NCBI GenBank assembly: GCA_944371305.1
Contig: CALVXM010000002.1
Span: 34,661 to 98,660 of the forward strand
Direction of reading: 5' to 3'
Length of the DNA stretch: 64,000 nt
From: an uncultured Bacilli bacterium
GTDB taxonomy: Bacteria > Bacillota_I > Bacilli_A > RF39 > UBA660
The notes beneath the pieces were generated by a model. The model did no database searches. It was not told where the DNA came from and saw only the letters and a list, made by a program, of their open reading frames with translations. This document shows positions 50,337 to 58,873 of this stretch, piece after piece; the stretch's first letter is position 1, and each line of letters starts with the position of its first letter. The position numbers were made by a program, and so were the translations under genes.

Positions 50337-50998
50337 TATGCACCAACCCTCCTTAATTTATTCATTATAGAAGTCATTGTATTCTGTACCTTTTTATCAA
50401 AATTATTTTCATCATTAATTTCCATTTTCTCAATATCATTAATTATTATAGGATAAACTTTCAAGTTCATATAAGAATCTAAATCAGTATTATAATCTTC
50501 AGTGCTAAATTCTGGCAATTCATTTATACAATCTTCAAATGTATATTTTTTATAAATGTTTTCAACAATATTTTTAATAAATAATGATATAAATTTTAAA
50601 ATATTTCCATTAGCATCAAAAACCGATTCCTCATCTATACTTTCTTTAAAGGATGTTTTTAATAATTCGTCATCATCTATACCTAAATAATCGCATAATA
50701 TTTCCTTTTGCTCAATTATAGAAAAAGATGATATACCACCTAATCCTATTGATGATAAAGAATTACTATGGTAAGCTTTTGAAACTCTATTTAATTTTTG
50801 AATACATTGAGATAATTTTTGAGAATATAATTTGTTTTGCAATTCACTTCTAACTTTAGATACTCCTTTTGATGGATAAATCATTTCAGAAAGTAATTGC
50901 CCAATACCTTTTCCTGTTTTTCCTACTATTCCATCAGTTATTCCTGATTGAATTATTTTTGATGTTCTTTTATATGTGTTTCTTGTTGATGAACCCAT
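50336..50998 (-). CDS. Small partner protein with predicted Met-Gly N-terminus (QatB-like candidate substrate)
   Basis: The track ORF starts at GTG 51028. In-frame ATGs at 51013 (MGSGSMGSS...) and 50998 (MGSSTRN..., GGGGAG RBS 7 nt upstream) both give Met-Gly N-termini. Translationally coupled to the QueC-like gene; no known domain. Confidence 0.45.
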   Translation of the reverse strand: MGSSTRNTYKRTSKIIQSGITDGIVGKTGKGIGQLLSEMIYPSKGVSKVRSELQNKLYSQKLSQCIQKLNRVSKAYHSNSLSSIGLGGISSFSIIEQKEILCDYLGIDDDELLKTSFKESIDEESVFDANGNILKFISLFIKNIVENIYKKYTFEDCINELPEFSTEDYNTDLDSYMNLKVYPIIINDIEKMEINDENNFDKKVQNTMTSIMNKLRRVGA

Positions 50999-51077
50999 AC
51001 TACCACTCCCCATAAAAAAAGGCCACACAAAACTTACTCAAAGTCTGTACTAGCCCTTTAAATCTATCAATATTATA

Positions 51078-51599
51078 TCAAATATTACTACAAATTACTA
51101 TGTTTCCTTTGTTTTTTTGATTTTGTAGCATCCATTTATATTCTTCTAATTCTTTTAAATAATCTCTTCTAAAATAATTTTCATGTAACCATTTAACTCC
51201 TTCTGCTTTTACAAAAATCATACCTGCTGATTCAAACTTAATTGGATATGGAAACTCCTTTTGCATTCTGTGGACTGCTACTTGTATTACATTTCTACTT
51301 TTATTAAATTCTAAATCTAAAAATCTTAATAAAGTATTTTGATATTTCTTAGGTTGAGGAATTATTCCTAATTCCTGTCCTAAAGCAAATATTCTTTTTT
51401 TATAGAATTCTATTTCTAAAGTTAAATAGTGTTCTTCTTTATTAAAATAAACTTCTTTTAACCATTCAACACATTCTTGTTTTATATATACCTTTTCTTT
51501 ATTATTTTCTTTTATTCTTTTAATCCAAGATTCTAAAGGATGTCTTCTTTCTATATTTCTCATAATTCTACCAAATTGTTTTGTAGTTAATGAAAACAT
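51078..51599 (-). CDS. Hypothetical protein with internal duplication (possible phage antirepressor ORF6C-like module)
   Basis: Two copies of Y/F-[IV]-K-x-E-x-V-x-W-L-x-E-x-YF (YIKQECVEWLKEVYF / FVKAEGVKWLHENYF). Weak or absent RBS. Confidence 0.3.
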   Translation of the reverse strand: MFSLTTKQFGRIMRNIERRHPLESWIKRIKENNKEKVYIKQECVEWLKEVYFNKEEHYLTLEIEFYKKRIFALGQELGIIPQPKKYQNTLLRFLDLEFNKSRNVIQVAVHRMQKEFPYPIKFESAGMIFVKAEGVKWLHENYFRRDYLKELEEYKWMLQNQKNKGNIVICSNI

Positions 51600-51757
51600 T
51601 TCTTGAACTTGTTTTCTATCTATTAATTTTTCACTTATAAAATATCTCCTTTCAAAAGATAAAGGGACGGGTAACGTAATATAAAAATTTTATCTATCAA
51701 GCATGGTGTATACACACCCGTCCACTTGTTAGGGAATACTCCCTAAAACCCTAATAA

Positions 51758-51964
51758 TTAGTCTCCGACAGTTTTATTTTTTTCTATATATTTTTTACTA
51801 ACTTCATTAGATTTTTCAATCATTTCTTTCACTTCTTTTTCATAACTCTTATTATTAATTAATACTTCAGAAAGCAAAGAATAAGATATATCATTTGTGT
51901 TTTCTTTAAAATACTCTAACAATTGTGGTGCAACTATTTCAAAGAAATAATTTATAAAATTCAC
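51758..51964 (-). CDS. Hypothetical small protein
   Basis: 68-aa ORF at the tRNA-proximal edge of the islet; no motifs. Confidence 0.25.
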   Translation of the reverse strand: MNFINYFFEIVAPQLLEYFKENTNDISYSLLSEVLINNKSYEKEVKEMIEKSNEVSKKYIEKNKTVGD

Positions 51965-52051
51965 CGCCTTTACAAAAGAAAAAAGTCCATAATACGAAGT
52001 ATTACGAACTTTTACTTATTTAACACACAAAAGTGTGCGTAAATTTCAAAG

Positions 52052-52128
52052 TGGGGCGCAATAAGGGATTCGAACCCTTGCATAACGGAACCACAATCCG
52101 CCGTGTTAACCCCTTCACCAATTGCGCC
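52052..52128 (-). tRNA. tRNA-His (anticodon GTG) with encoded G-1 and CCA
   Basis: Manually folded: 7-bp acceptor stem GCGCAAT/ATTGCGC, extra 5' G-1 pairing with discriminator C73, anticodon stem GCGGA/TCCGT with loop TTGTGGT (GTG), T-arm AAGGG-TTCGAAT-CCCTT, and encoded CCA. Confidence 0.9.
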
Positions 52129-52265
52129 ATATATAACAACAACACGTATAATTCTAACAAATTTTTTATTACTTTGCAAGTATTTTTATATATTTTATTA
52201 AAAATTAGTTTTTTTACCTATACATAACGCCTATAAAATCATAATATAGGCTGAGGAGGAATAAA

Positions 52266-52688
52266 ATGTATAACTACTATAATAACCATCAAAATATAAA
52301 TTATGATGGTAACGATTTAAGAAACATAAATTATCAAAATGATAATTTATTTAATCCTTATCAAGGATTAATCAGAGGAAACTTGTTTAAAAATATTTAT
52401 AAACCATACAAAAATGAAAAACCATATGAAATTAAACCAATGAATGAACAAGCAAAAATGTTAACAGATTTAGATGCGCTAGAATTTGCAATAATAGATT
52501 TAAATCTATATTTAGATGTAAATCCTGATGATAGAAAAGCTATAGAATTATTTAATCAATATCGTGTTGAAAATGAAGAACTATTAAAAATATATCAAAA
52601 CAAATTTGGTCCAATTTTTTTGAACAGTGATTCATTAACCAATATGCCATGGATGTGGGATAATCGTCCTTGGCCTTGGGAAAACTAA
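52266..52688 (+). CDS. cotJB: Spore coat protein CotJB with N-terminal CotJA-like extension (apparent cotJA-cotJB fusion)
   Basis: The C-terminal half LTDLDALEFAIIDLNLYLDVNPDD...NQYRVENEELLKIYQNKFGP matches CotJB. The N-terminal ~58 aa carry the CotJA-like NPYQGLIRGNLF motif. GAGGAGG RBS. Confidence 0.7.
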   Translation: MYNYYNNHQNINYDGNDLRNINYQNDNLFNPYQGLIRGNLFKNIYKPYKNEKPYEIKPMNEQAKMLTDLDALEFAIIDLNLYLDVNPDDRKAIELFNQYRVENEELLKIYQNKFGPIFLNSDSLTNMPWMWDNRPWPWEN

Positions 52689-52702
52689 GGGGGTAAATAA
52701 AA

Positions 52703-53263
52703 ATGTGGAAATACGAAAAAAAATTAGAATATCCAATTAATATCACTAAGAAAGATTTAAAAATGGCTAAAAGTATGTTGGCGCAGTATGGTGGACCTGA
52801 CTCTGAATTAAGTGCAGCTTTAAGATATTTAAATCAAAGATATACTATGCCAGATGAACGAGGATTTGCCTTATTAACGGATATCGGTACTGAAGAACTA
52901 GCGCATTGGGAAATGATTTCAACTATAATACAACAATTAATGAAAGGTGCCACTATAGAAGAAATAAAAGCAAATGGATTAGAAGGATATTATAGTGAAC
53001 ATAATAAAGCCAGTTTCCCTGTTGATGCAAATGGTGTGCCATTTACAACTTCTTATATTGAAGCAACCGCCAATTATCGTGCGGATTTAGAAAGTGACAT
53101 GGCAGCCGAACAAAGAGCTAAAGTAACATATGAAAATCTAATGAAACAAACTAACGATCCTGAAGTGTTAGCTCCACTGTCTTTCTTACGTCAAAGAGAG
53201 ATTGTACACTACAATCGTTTTAGAGAACTAAGAGATTATTATTTAAATAAATTTAAGGATTGA
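52703..53263 (+). CDS. cotJC: Spore coat protein CotJC (manganese catalase family)
   Basis: MWKYEKKLEYPI...AQYGGPDSELSAALRYLNQRYTMPD with ferritin-like di-metal ligands (E..H). Confidence 0.9.
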   Translation: MWKYEKKLEYPINITKKDLKMAKSMLAQYGGPDSELSAALRYLNQRYTMPDERGFALLTDIGTEELAHWEMISTIIQQLMKGATIEEIKANGLEGYYSEHNKASFPVDANGVPFTTSYIEATANYRADLESDMAAEQRAKVTYENLMKQTNDPEVLAPLSFLRQREIVHYNRFRELRDYYLNKFKD

Positions 53264-53265
53264 TT

Positions 53266-54189
53266 ATGAAAAAAGTATTATTGATATATGGTGGTGCTTC
53301 ACCGGAACATGAAATATCATGTAAATCAGCTCAATCCATCATTGAAAATATTGACAAAACCAAATATGAATTAGAATGCATTTATATAACACCTAGTAAT
53401 GAATGGACAAAAGAAAATAAACCAGTTACAAATATAATTGAGTATTTAAAACAATTTGATGTTGTCTTTCCAATAATTCACGGTTGTGATGGCGAAGACG
53501 GCAAATTACAAGGTATGTTAGACTTATTTAGAATTAAATATGTCGGATCCAAATGGGGACCCAGTTATATATGTATGGACAAAGGGCGAACTAAACAAAT
53601 TTTAAAATATTATAATATACCACAAGTACCATTCCAAATATATGATAAAAAAGAAAATTTAATCATCCCTTTCCCGGTTATAATCAAACCAGCAAATGGT
53701 GGTTCCTCTATCGGAATTAAAATAGCCCACAATAAAAAAGAATATAAAAAAGCTATTTCAGAAGCATCTAAATATGATAAAAAAATAATTGTTGAAAAAT
53801 ATATTAACGCCCAAGAATTAGAATGTGCAATTTTAGAAGATAACAACTTGATAATTTCTAATATCGGTGAAATAATTACAGAAAATAACTTTTACGATTA
53901 TGATACAAAATATAATAAAAATACAGCAGAAATAAATACAGTTGCAAATATACCCAATGAAGTTAAAAAACAAATAAAAAAATACGCGAAATTTATTTTT
54001 GACAAATTAAATTTAAATGGATTAGCTAGAATTGATTTCTTATATGACAAAGATTTTAAAAAATTATATTTAAATGAGATAAACACTTTACCAGGTTTTA
54101 CAACAATTAGCATGTATCCCAAATTAATTATGGATAAAGGTTTTACTTATAAAGATTTAATTACAAAATTAATTGAAAATGTAAAATAG
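53266..54189 (+). CDS. ddl: D-alanine--D-alanine ligase
   Basis: MKKVLLIYGGASPEHEIS N-terminus and an ATP-grasp C-domain. The ATG at 53266 has an AAGGA RBS. Confidence 0.9.
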   Translation: MKKVLLIYGGASPEHEISCKSAQSIIENIDKTKYELECIYITPSNEWTKENKPVTNIIEYLKQFDVVFPIIHGCDGEDGKLQGMLDLFRIKYVGSKWGPSYICMDKGRTKQILKYYNIPQVPFQIYDKKENLIIPFPVIIKPANGGSSIGIKIAHNKKEYKKAISEASKYDKKIIVEKYINAQELECAILEDNNLIISNIGEIITENNFYDYDTKYNKNTAEINTVANIPNEVKKQIKKYAKFIFDKLNLNGLARIDFLYDKDFKKLYLNEINTLPGFTTISMYPKLIMDKGFTYKDLITKLIENVK

Positions 54190-54194
54190 AGCAA

Positions 54195-55244
54195 TTAAAA
54201 TTGCTCCATTTTTTTGATTTGATCGAATACTATCTCTTCTTGTTCATAATAGGGATTTAATCTTTTCAACACTTTTACATTACCACAGTTTTTAAAAGCT
54301 TCTCGTCTTTCAAACAAATCGCCATCATATAAATAATCATTAATTCTTAAAAAATAATCAATTAATTGAAAAGCAAAATCTAAATCATTCATATATAAAT
54401 AATAAATTTCCTCAAACGTAATTGTGTTATTTTTAAAAGCTTCGATTAGCAATTTATAATCTTTTAAAGTTTTAGAATCTATTTTAATATTAATACTTAC
54501 ACTTTCGTAAACATTAGAAAAGACGTAACTATAAAATTTTTTTATTTTTTCTTGTTCATAACCAAAATTATCTTTTATTTTCTCATCGAATAAAGCTTTT
54601 ATATGTTCTTCTTCACTTTCATAAAATTCTGATTCACCAAATTCATCAATTTCTTGTTCATATAACGAACTATCATATAAATCAATAAAATCTTGAATTA
54701 TTTTTTCAGTAATAATAATAGAATCTGGATCAATATAATTAGTAAAATTCAAGAAAGCAAAAGGATTTATCTGTAATAAAGATTTAATTTTATCTTCTTC
54801 AATAATCATTTGTAGACAATTATTTTGGTAAATATAATTTTTATCAAGATAATTGCAATAATTCTCTATATAGCTAAAAACTTGAGGATTTTCTTCCCAA
54901 TGCAAAAATTCAGCGATAAAATCGAAAAAATTCTTATCTTCTAAACTTTTAAAAATTTGCTCATTTTCAAATTCATCTATTTTTTTATTAGTATTATAAA
55001 ACGATAATAAATAACAATTATCAACAATTATCAACATCATTATTCTTTTATATAATTTTTTATTTTTTTGATAATCGTCATCACATTCATAAAAAAATCC
55101 ATATTGTGTACAATCAGTACACAAAAAATTTAATAATTCGATACTATTGGCATCAAAATTAAGACCATTAACTGCGCTTATTTCTTCCATTACCCCAGTT
55201 AAAATATTGCAACATTCATCATAAATTGTACTAAATTTTTCCAT
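54195..55244 (-). CDS. Hypothetical acidic protein
   Basis: 349 aa, D/E/Y/F-rich, with no recognisable domain. Confidence 0.3.
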   Translation of the reverse strand: MEKFSTIYDECCNILTGVMEEISAVNGLNFDANSIELLNFLCTDCTQYGFFYECDDDYQKNKKLYKRIMMLIIVDNCYLLSFYNTNKKIDEFENEQIFKSLEDKNFFDFIAEFLHWEENPQVFSYIENYCNYLDKNYIYQNNCLQMIIEEDKIKSLLQINPFAFLNFTNYIDPDSIIITEKIIQDFIDLYDSSLYEQEIDEFGESEFYESEEEHIKALFDEKIKDNFGYEQEKIKKFYSYVFSNVYESVSINIKIDSKTLKDYKLLIEAFKNNTITFEEIYYLYMNDLDFAFQLIDYFLRINDYLYDGDLFERREAFKNCGNVKVLKRLNPYYEQEEIVFDQIKKMEQF

Positions 55245-55259
55245 ACCCCTGTAACTCCT

Positions 55260-55703
55260 CTATTTTAGTATATTATTTAAAATATAGTTAAAACTAATTT
55301 TGATATCAGGAAAGATATCAAGATCATTAAGTTCTTCAAATGAAAACCAATCGCATCGATCGATTTCATCATCTTCAATGACATCATCTTGATTTAAAGG
55401 AATTCCGACATAAGTTATATCTACATGCAAGGAACCATCTTTTCCTCGATTTTTTTGAATACCTAAAGGTCTTAAAAAATCATCTTCTCTAGGAAATCTT
55501 TCTCCGATCAATTTTATCCTAACACCAGTCTCTTCATAAGTTTCTCTTAAAGCAGTTTCTTCTGGAGTTTCATTTTTTTCAATATGTCCACCAGGTTGAA
55601 CCCAACGATTAAATTTACGATGGTGACAAAGCAATATTTTAGAATTTTCCGGATTAACAACAAACACTGAAGCACAAAATTCTCTATTCATTAAATTACA
55701 CAT
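55260..55703 (-). CDS. NUDIX hydrolase
   Basis: Nudix box GGHIEKNETPEETALRETYEETGV. Confidence 0.8.
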   Translation of the reverse strand: MCNLMNREFCASVFVVNPENSKILLCHHRKFNRWVQPGGHIEKNETPEETALRETYEETGVRIKLIGERFPREDDFLRPLGIQKNRGKDGSLHVDITYVGIPLNQDDVIEDDEIDRCDWFSFEELNDLDIFPDIKISFNYILNNILK

Positions 55704-55854
55704 CCTTATAAAACAATTATAACATATTTTTATAAAATTAAAGTATTTTTATATTAAACTTGATGACAGTATCTATTTGCTAACATAAATTATTGCGTTA
55801 AATAAAATATTTGAATTTATTTATGATATTTTTAATATGAAAATGGAGGTACTT

Positions 55855-56079
55855 ATGTATTTTAAAAGACTAAAAGATCTAAGAGTGGATAATGATTATC
55901 TACAAAAAGATATAGCTAAATTTTTAGGAATCACTCAACAATATTATTCAAAATATGAATTAGGACAATATACAATTCCACTTGAATTTGTTATCAAATT
56001 GTCTAAATTTTACGACGTTAGTGTTGATTATATTGTCGGTTTAAGTGATGACAAAAAAACAAAAACACGGAAAAAATAA
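55855..56079 (+). CDS. XRE-family helix-turn-helix transcriptional regulator
   Basis: HTH_3 motif LQKDIAKFLGITQQYYSKYELG. The ATG at 55855 has a GGAGGT RBS. Confidence 0.75.
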   Translation: MYFKRLKDLRVDNDYLQKDIAKFLGITQQYYSKYELGQYTIPLEFVIKLSKFYDVSVDYIVGLSDDKKTKTRKK

Positions 56080-56089
56080 TTTCGTGTTT

Positions 56090-56782
56090 TTATTTTTTGC
56101 TTTTTATTATTGCTAACCATCTTAAAAAAAACAAAGTATAAAATATTAAAAATACTAAAAATATAAAAATTATTTTCCCTACCAAATCAAAGAAAAATTC
56201 CTGTGGAAACATTTTAATAACTCTACTAGTATTATAGTTAAAAAGCCACAAATTATTATTGAAAATTAATTTATGAAATTGATAAAAAAAAGATTGAAAA
56301 TCAATATTAATAACTATAATTAAAACTATAGTCAAAAAAACAAAAATCATAAAATTGATAAAATAAACTTTAGGAAAAATATTAACCCAATCTACTTTAT
56401 ATACAATTAACAATATTATAATAAAAATTAATAAACCAATCAAACAATAACTGATTATATCGATTTTTAAAAATATATTTTTCACATCATTCATATGAAC
56501 AATTTCCTGTTCAGTAAAAAAAGATTTCATCTCACCATTTATTTGTACTTCAATCAAAAGATTATCATCATTATTTTTTAAATAATTTATAAGTTTATCT
56601 GTTACTTTCATAATATCGTTCATATTAATATTCAATCTATCTTCAACTTCATATTTTTTATATTGATTTTTAAAATAGTTTTGATAATTATAAAAAACAG
56701 CTAATTTAAAACTAAAAATTAAAGTTAATACAATTGAAATAAAAATACATAAAAATGACAATGAATACTTTATAAATTTCAT
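56090..56782 (-). CDS. Hypothetical polytopic membrane protein
   Basis: 230 aa with 5-6 TM helices, converging on the XRE regulator gene. Confidence 0.35.
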   Translation of the reverse strand: MKFIKYSLSFLCIFISIVLTLIFSFKLAVFYNYQNYFKNQYKKYEVEDRLNINMNDIMKVTDKLINYLKNNDDNLLIEVQINGEMKSFFTEQEIVHMNDVKNIFLKIDIISYCLIGLLIFIIILLIVYKVDWVNIFPKVYFINFMIFVFLTIVLIIVINIDFQSFFYQFHKLIFNNNLWLFNYNTSRVIKMFPQEFFFDLVGKIIFIFLVFLIFYTLFFLRWLAIIKSKK

Positions 56783-56826
56783 TTAACCACCTATTTAATT
56801 ATAACAAAAAAAACGTGATCGTCACG

Positions 56827-57816
56827 TTATTTATCGATTAAATGAATATTATCTAGTAATATTCCTGTTCCTTCAACTACACAAGTTAATGGACTTTCAG
56901 CTATAAAAACCGGTACTTTCAATTCATGTGATAATAATTGATCAAATCCATCAATTAAAGCCCCACCGCCAGTAATAACAATCCCTTTATCGATAATATC
57001 AGCAGCTAGTTCAGGAGGAGTCTGTTCTAAAACATTTTTAGCTTTGTGAATTATAATATAAACACTTTCTCTTAAAGCTTCTTCAACCTCATCAGAACAA
57101 AGTGTAATTGTATGAGGTAACCCAGTTACTAAATCACGTCCTCTAACTTCCATTTTTTCTTTCTTATTACCACTATAAACCGTTCCAATACTAATTTTAA
57201 TCTCTTCAGCAGTCCGATCACCAATTAATAATTTATACTTATCTTTAATATATTTCATAATATCAGCATCAAAAACATTTCCTGCTATTTTTATAGAAGA
57301 ACTTGTTACAATTCCTCCTAGAGATAAAATAGCTATATCGGTTGTTCCCCCACCAATATCGATTACCATATTACCACTCGGTTTAGAAATATCCATCCCT
57401 GCCCCAACTGCGGCTACTTTTGGTTCTTCTTCAATGAATACTTTTTTTGCTCCAGTTCTCTCAGCAGCTTCTTTAATAGCGTTTTTTTCAACCTGAGTTA
57501 TATTTGAAGGACAACAAATCAAGATTCGTGGTCTAGATAAAAAACTTTTTCCATTTATTTTTCTGATAAAATGATTCAACATAACTTCTGTAATTTCAAA
57601 ATCAGCAATAACTCCATCCTTCATTGGTCTAATAGCAATAACTGATCCTGGAGTTCGTCCTAACATTTCTCTTGCTTCACTACCAACAGCTAAAGGTTTT
57701 TTAGTTTCGGAATCAATTGCCACTACTGATGGTTCATTTAAAACAATACCTTGTCCTTTAACATATATAAGTACGTTAGCAGTTCCCAAATCTATTCCTA
57801 TATCCTTTGCAAACAT
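56827..57816 (-). CDS. mbl: Rod-shape-determining actin homolog MreB/Mbl
   Basis: Actin-fold motifs DLGTANVLIYV and DIGGGTTDIA. It lies downstream of spoIIID, as the spoIIID-mbl pair does in Bacillus. Confidence 0.9.
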   Translation of the reverse strand: MFAKDIGIDLGTANVLIYVKGQGIVLNEPSVVAIDSETKKPLAVGSEAREMLGRTPGSVIAIRPMKDGVIADFEITEVMLNHFIRKINGKSFLSRPRILICCPSNITQVEKNAIKEAAERTGAKKVFIEEEPKVAAVGAGMDISKPSGNMVIDIGGGTTDIAILSLGGIVTSSSIKIAGNVFDADIMKYIKDKYKLLIGDRTAEEIKISIGTVYSGNKKEKMEVRGRDLVTGLPHTITLCSDEVEEALRESVYIIIHKAKNVLEQTPPELAADIIDKGIVITGGGALIDGFDQLLSHELKVPVFIAESPLTCVVEGTGILLDNIHLIDK

Positions 57817-57871
57817 TTTATCACTCTCATTTCTTAAAATATTATATCATAACTTTTTCCATTTTTTTACA

Positions 57872-58126
57872 TTAATCAGATAAATTTAAATACTTTCTTT
57901 TAGTTGACTCTCCACCTCTAATATGTCTAATATCTGTATGATATTGCAAAATTTTTTCAACTTTTAAATAATCTTTATAATCGATATCTAAAAGTCGCTC
58001 ATGAAGATCTTTATGAACTGTACTTTTACTAACTTTAAATACTTTAGCTATTTCTCTTACTGTACTATTAGTTTTAATAATATAATCAGTTTCTTCTTTA
58101 ACTCTTTTAATAATACTTTTGTTCAT
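57872..58126 (-). CDS. spoIIID: Stage III sporulation protein D (mother-cell transcription factor)
   Basis: 84 aa; TVREIAKVFKVSKSTVHKDLHERL and HTDIRHIRGGESTK closely match SpoIIID. Confidence 0.9.
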   Translation of the reverse strand: MNKSIIKRVKEETDYIIKTNSTVREIAKVFKVSKSTVHKDLHERLLDIDYKDYLKVEKILQYHTDIRHIRGGESTKRKYLNLSD

Positions 58127-58171
58127 ATAACACCTCTTAATTAAATATATCTATTAAATTGATAAATATAC

Positions 58172-58195
58172 CTAAAAAAGAGTATTAAAACTCTT
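58172..58195 (-). terminator. Intrinsic terminator after the M23 peptidase gene
   Basis: AAGAGT-tttaat-ACTCTT hairpin overlapping the stop, followed by a T6 run on the minus strand. Confidence 0.5.
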
Positions 58196-58850
58196 ATAAA
58201 TCACTTAATTGTTTATCATAGTATTCTTCAGGATCAACATTCTTACTATTATGAATTAATTCAAAATGTAAATGATTACCTAAATCCTTTGAAATATTTG
58301 CTTCACCACTTTTACCAATTACTTGTCCTTGAATGACATTGTCTCCTTCAGCTACCATAACCTCACTTAAACTTTGATAAACACTTATTAAATTGTTTTC
58401 ATGTGTAACCTCGATAATTTTGCCTAATAAGTTATTATCCATTACTTTAGTTACCTTACCATCTAAGACAGATACTACATCAAAAACTTCATCACTAGAA
58501 TAATCGACACCACTATTAGGAATATAAGTATTTTCATAATAAATCAAAGAATTTTTTTGTTCTTCTTCTGTACCTTGATAATTATAAAAACCTCTTGCAA
58601 TTTTAATACTATCACTCAAATAAGGACGAGTTAAAATATTATTTGTATTAATAACTGGGACCTCATCTTCAATAATAATATCATTAACATAAGTTGAATC
58701 ATCGACGAATTTAGATTGGTTTGAAATTGCTTCAAGTAAATATACTGTTCCTAAAACAGTAACAAAAGACAAAGCATAAAGCGCATAAACAACGGATTTT
58801 TTTAGTTTTCTATTTTTCATATTTTCCACCTCTAAAATAAGTTTGGACAA
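58194..58850 (-). CDS. M23 family metallopeptidase (SpoIIQ-like position between spoIID and spoIIID)
   Basis: N-terminal TM helix and a LytM domain with HxH (NHLHFELIH); the synteny is typical of clostridial spoIIQ. Confidence 0.7.
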   Translation of the reverse strand: MSKLILEVENMKNRKLKKSVVYALYALSFVTVLGTVYLLEAISNQSKFVDDSTYVNDIIIEDEVPVINTNNILTRPYLSDSIKIARGFYNYQGTEEEQKNSLIYYENTYIPNSGVDYSSDEVFDVVSVLDGKVTKVMDNNLLGKIIEVTHENNLISVYQSLSEVMVAEGDNVIQGQVIGKSGEANISKDLGNHLHFELIHNSKNVDPEEYYDKQLSDL

Positions 58851-58873
58851 ATATAAAAAATTTATACGTTTTT

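Noticed and set aside
58127-58193. Sigma-E / sigma-K promoters upstream of spoIIID and cotJ
   Set aside because: ATATT-like and CATA..TA-like elements exist, but in ~25% GC DNA such matches are frequent. Spacing was not convincing enough to list as features.
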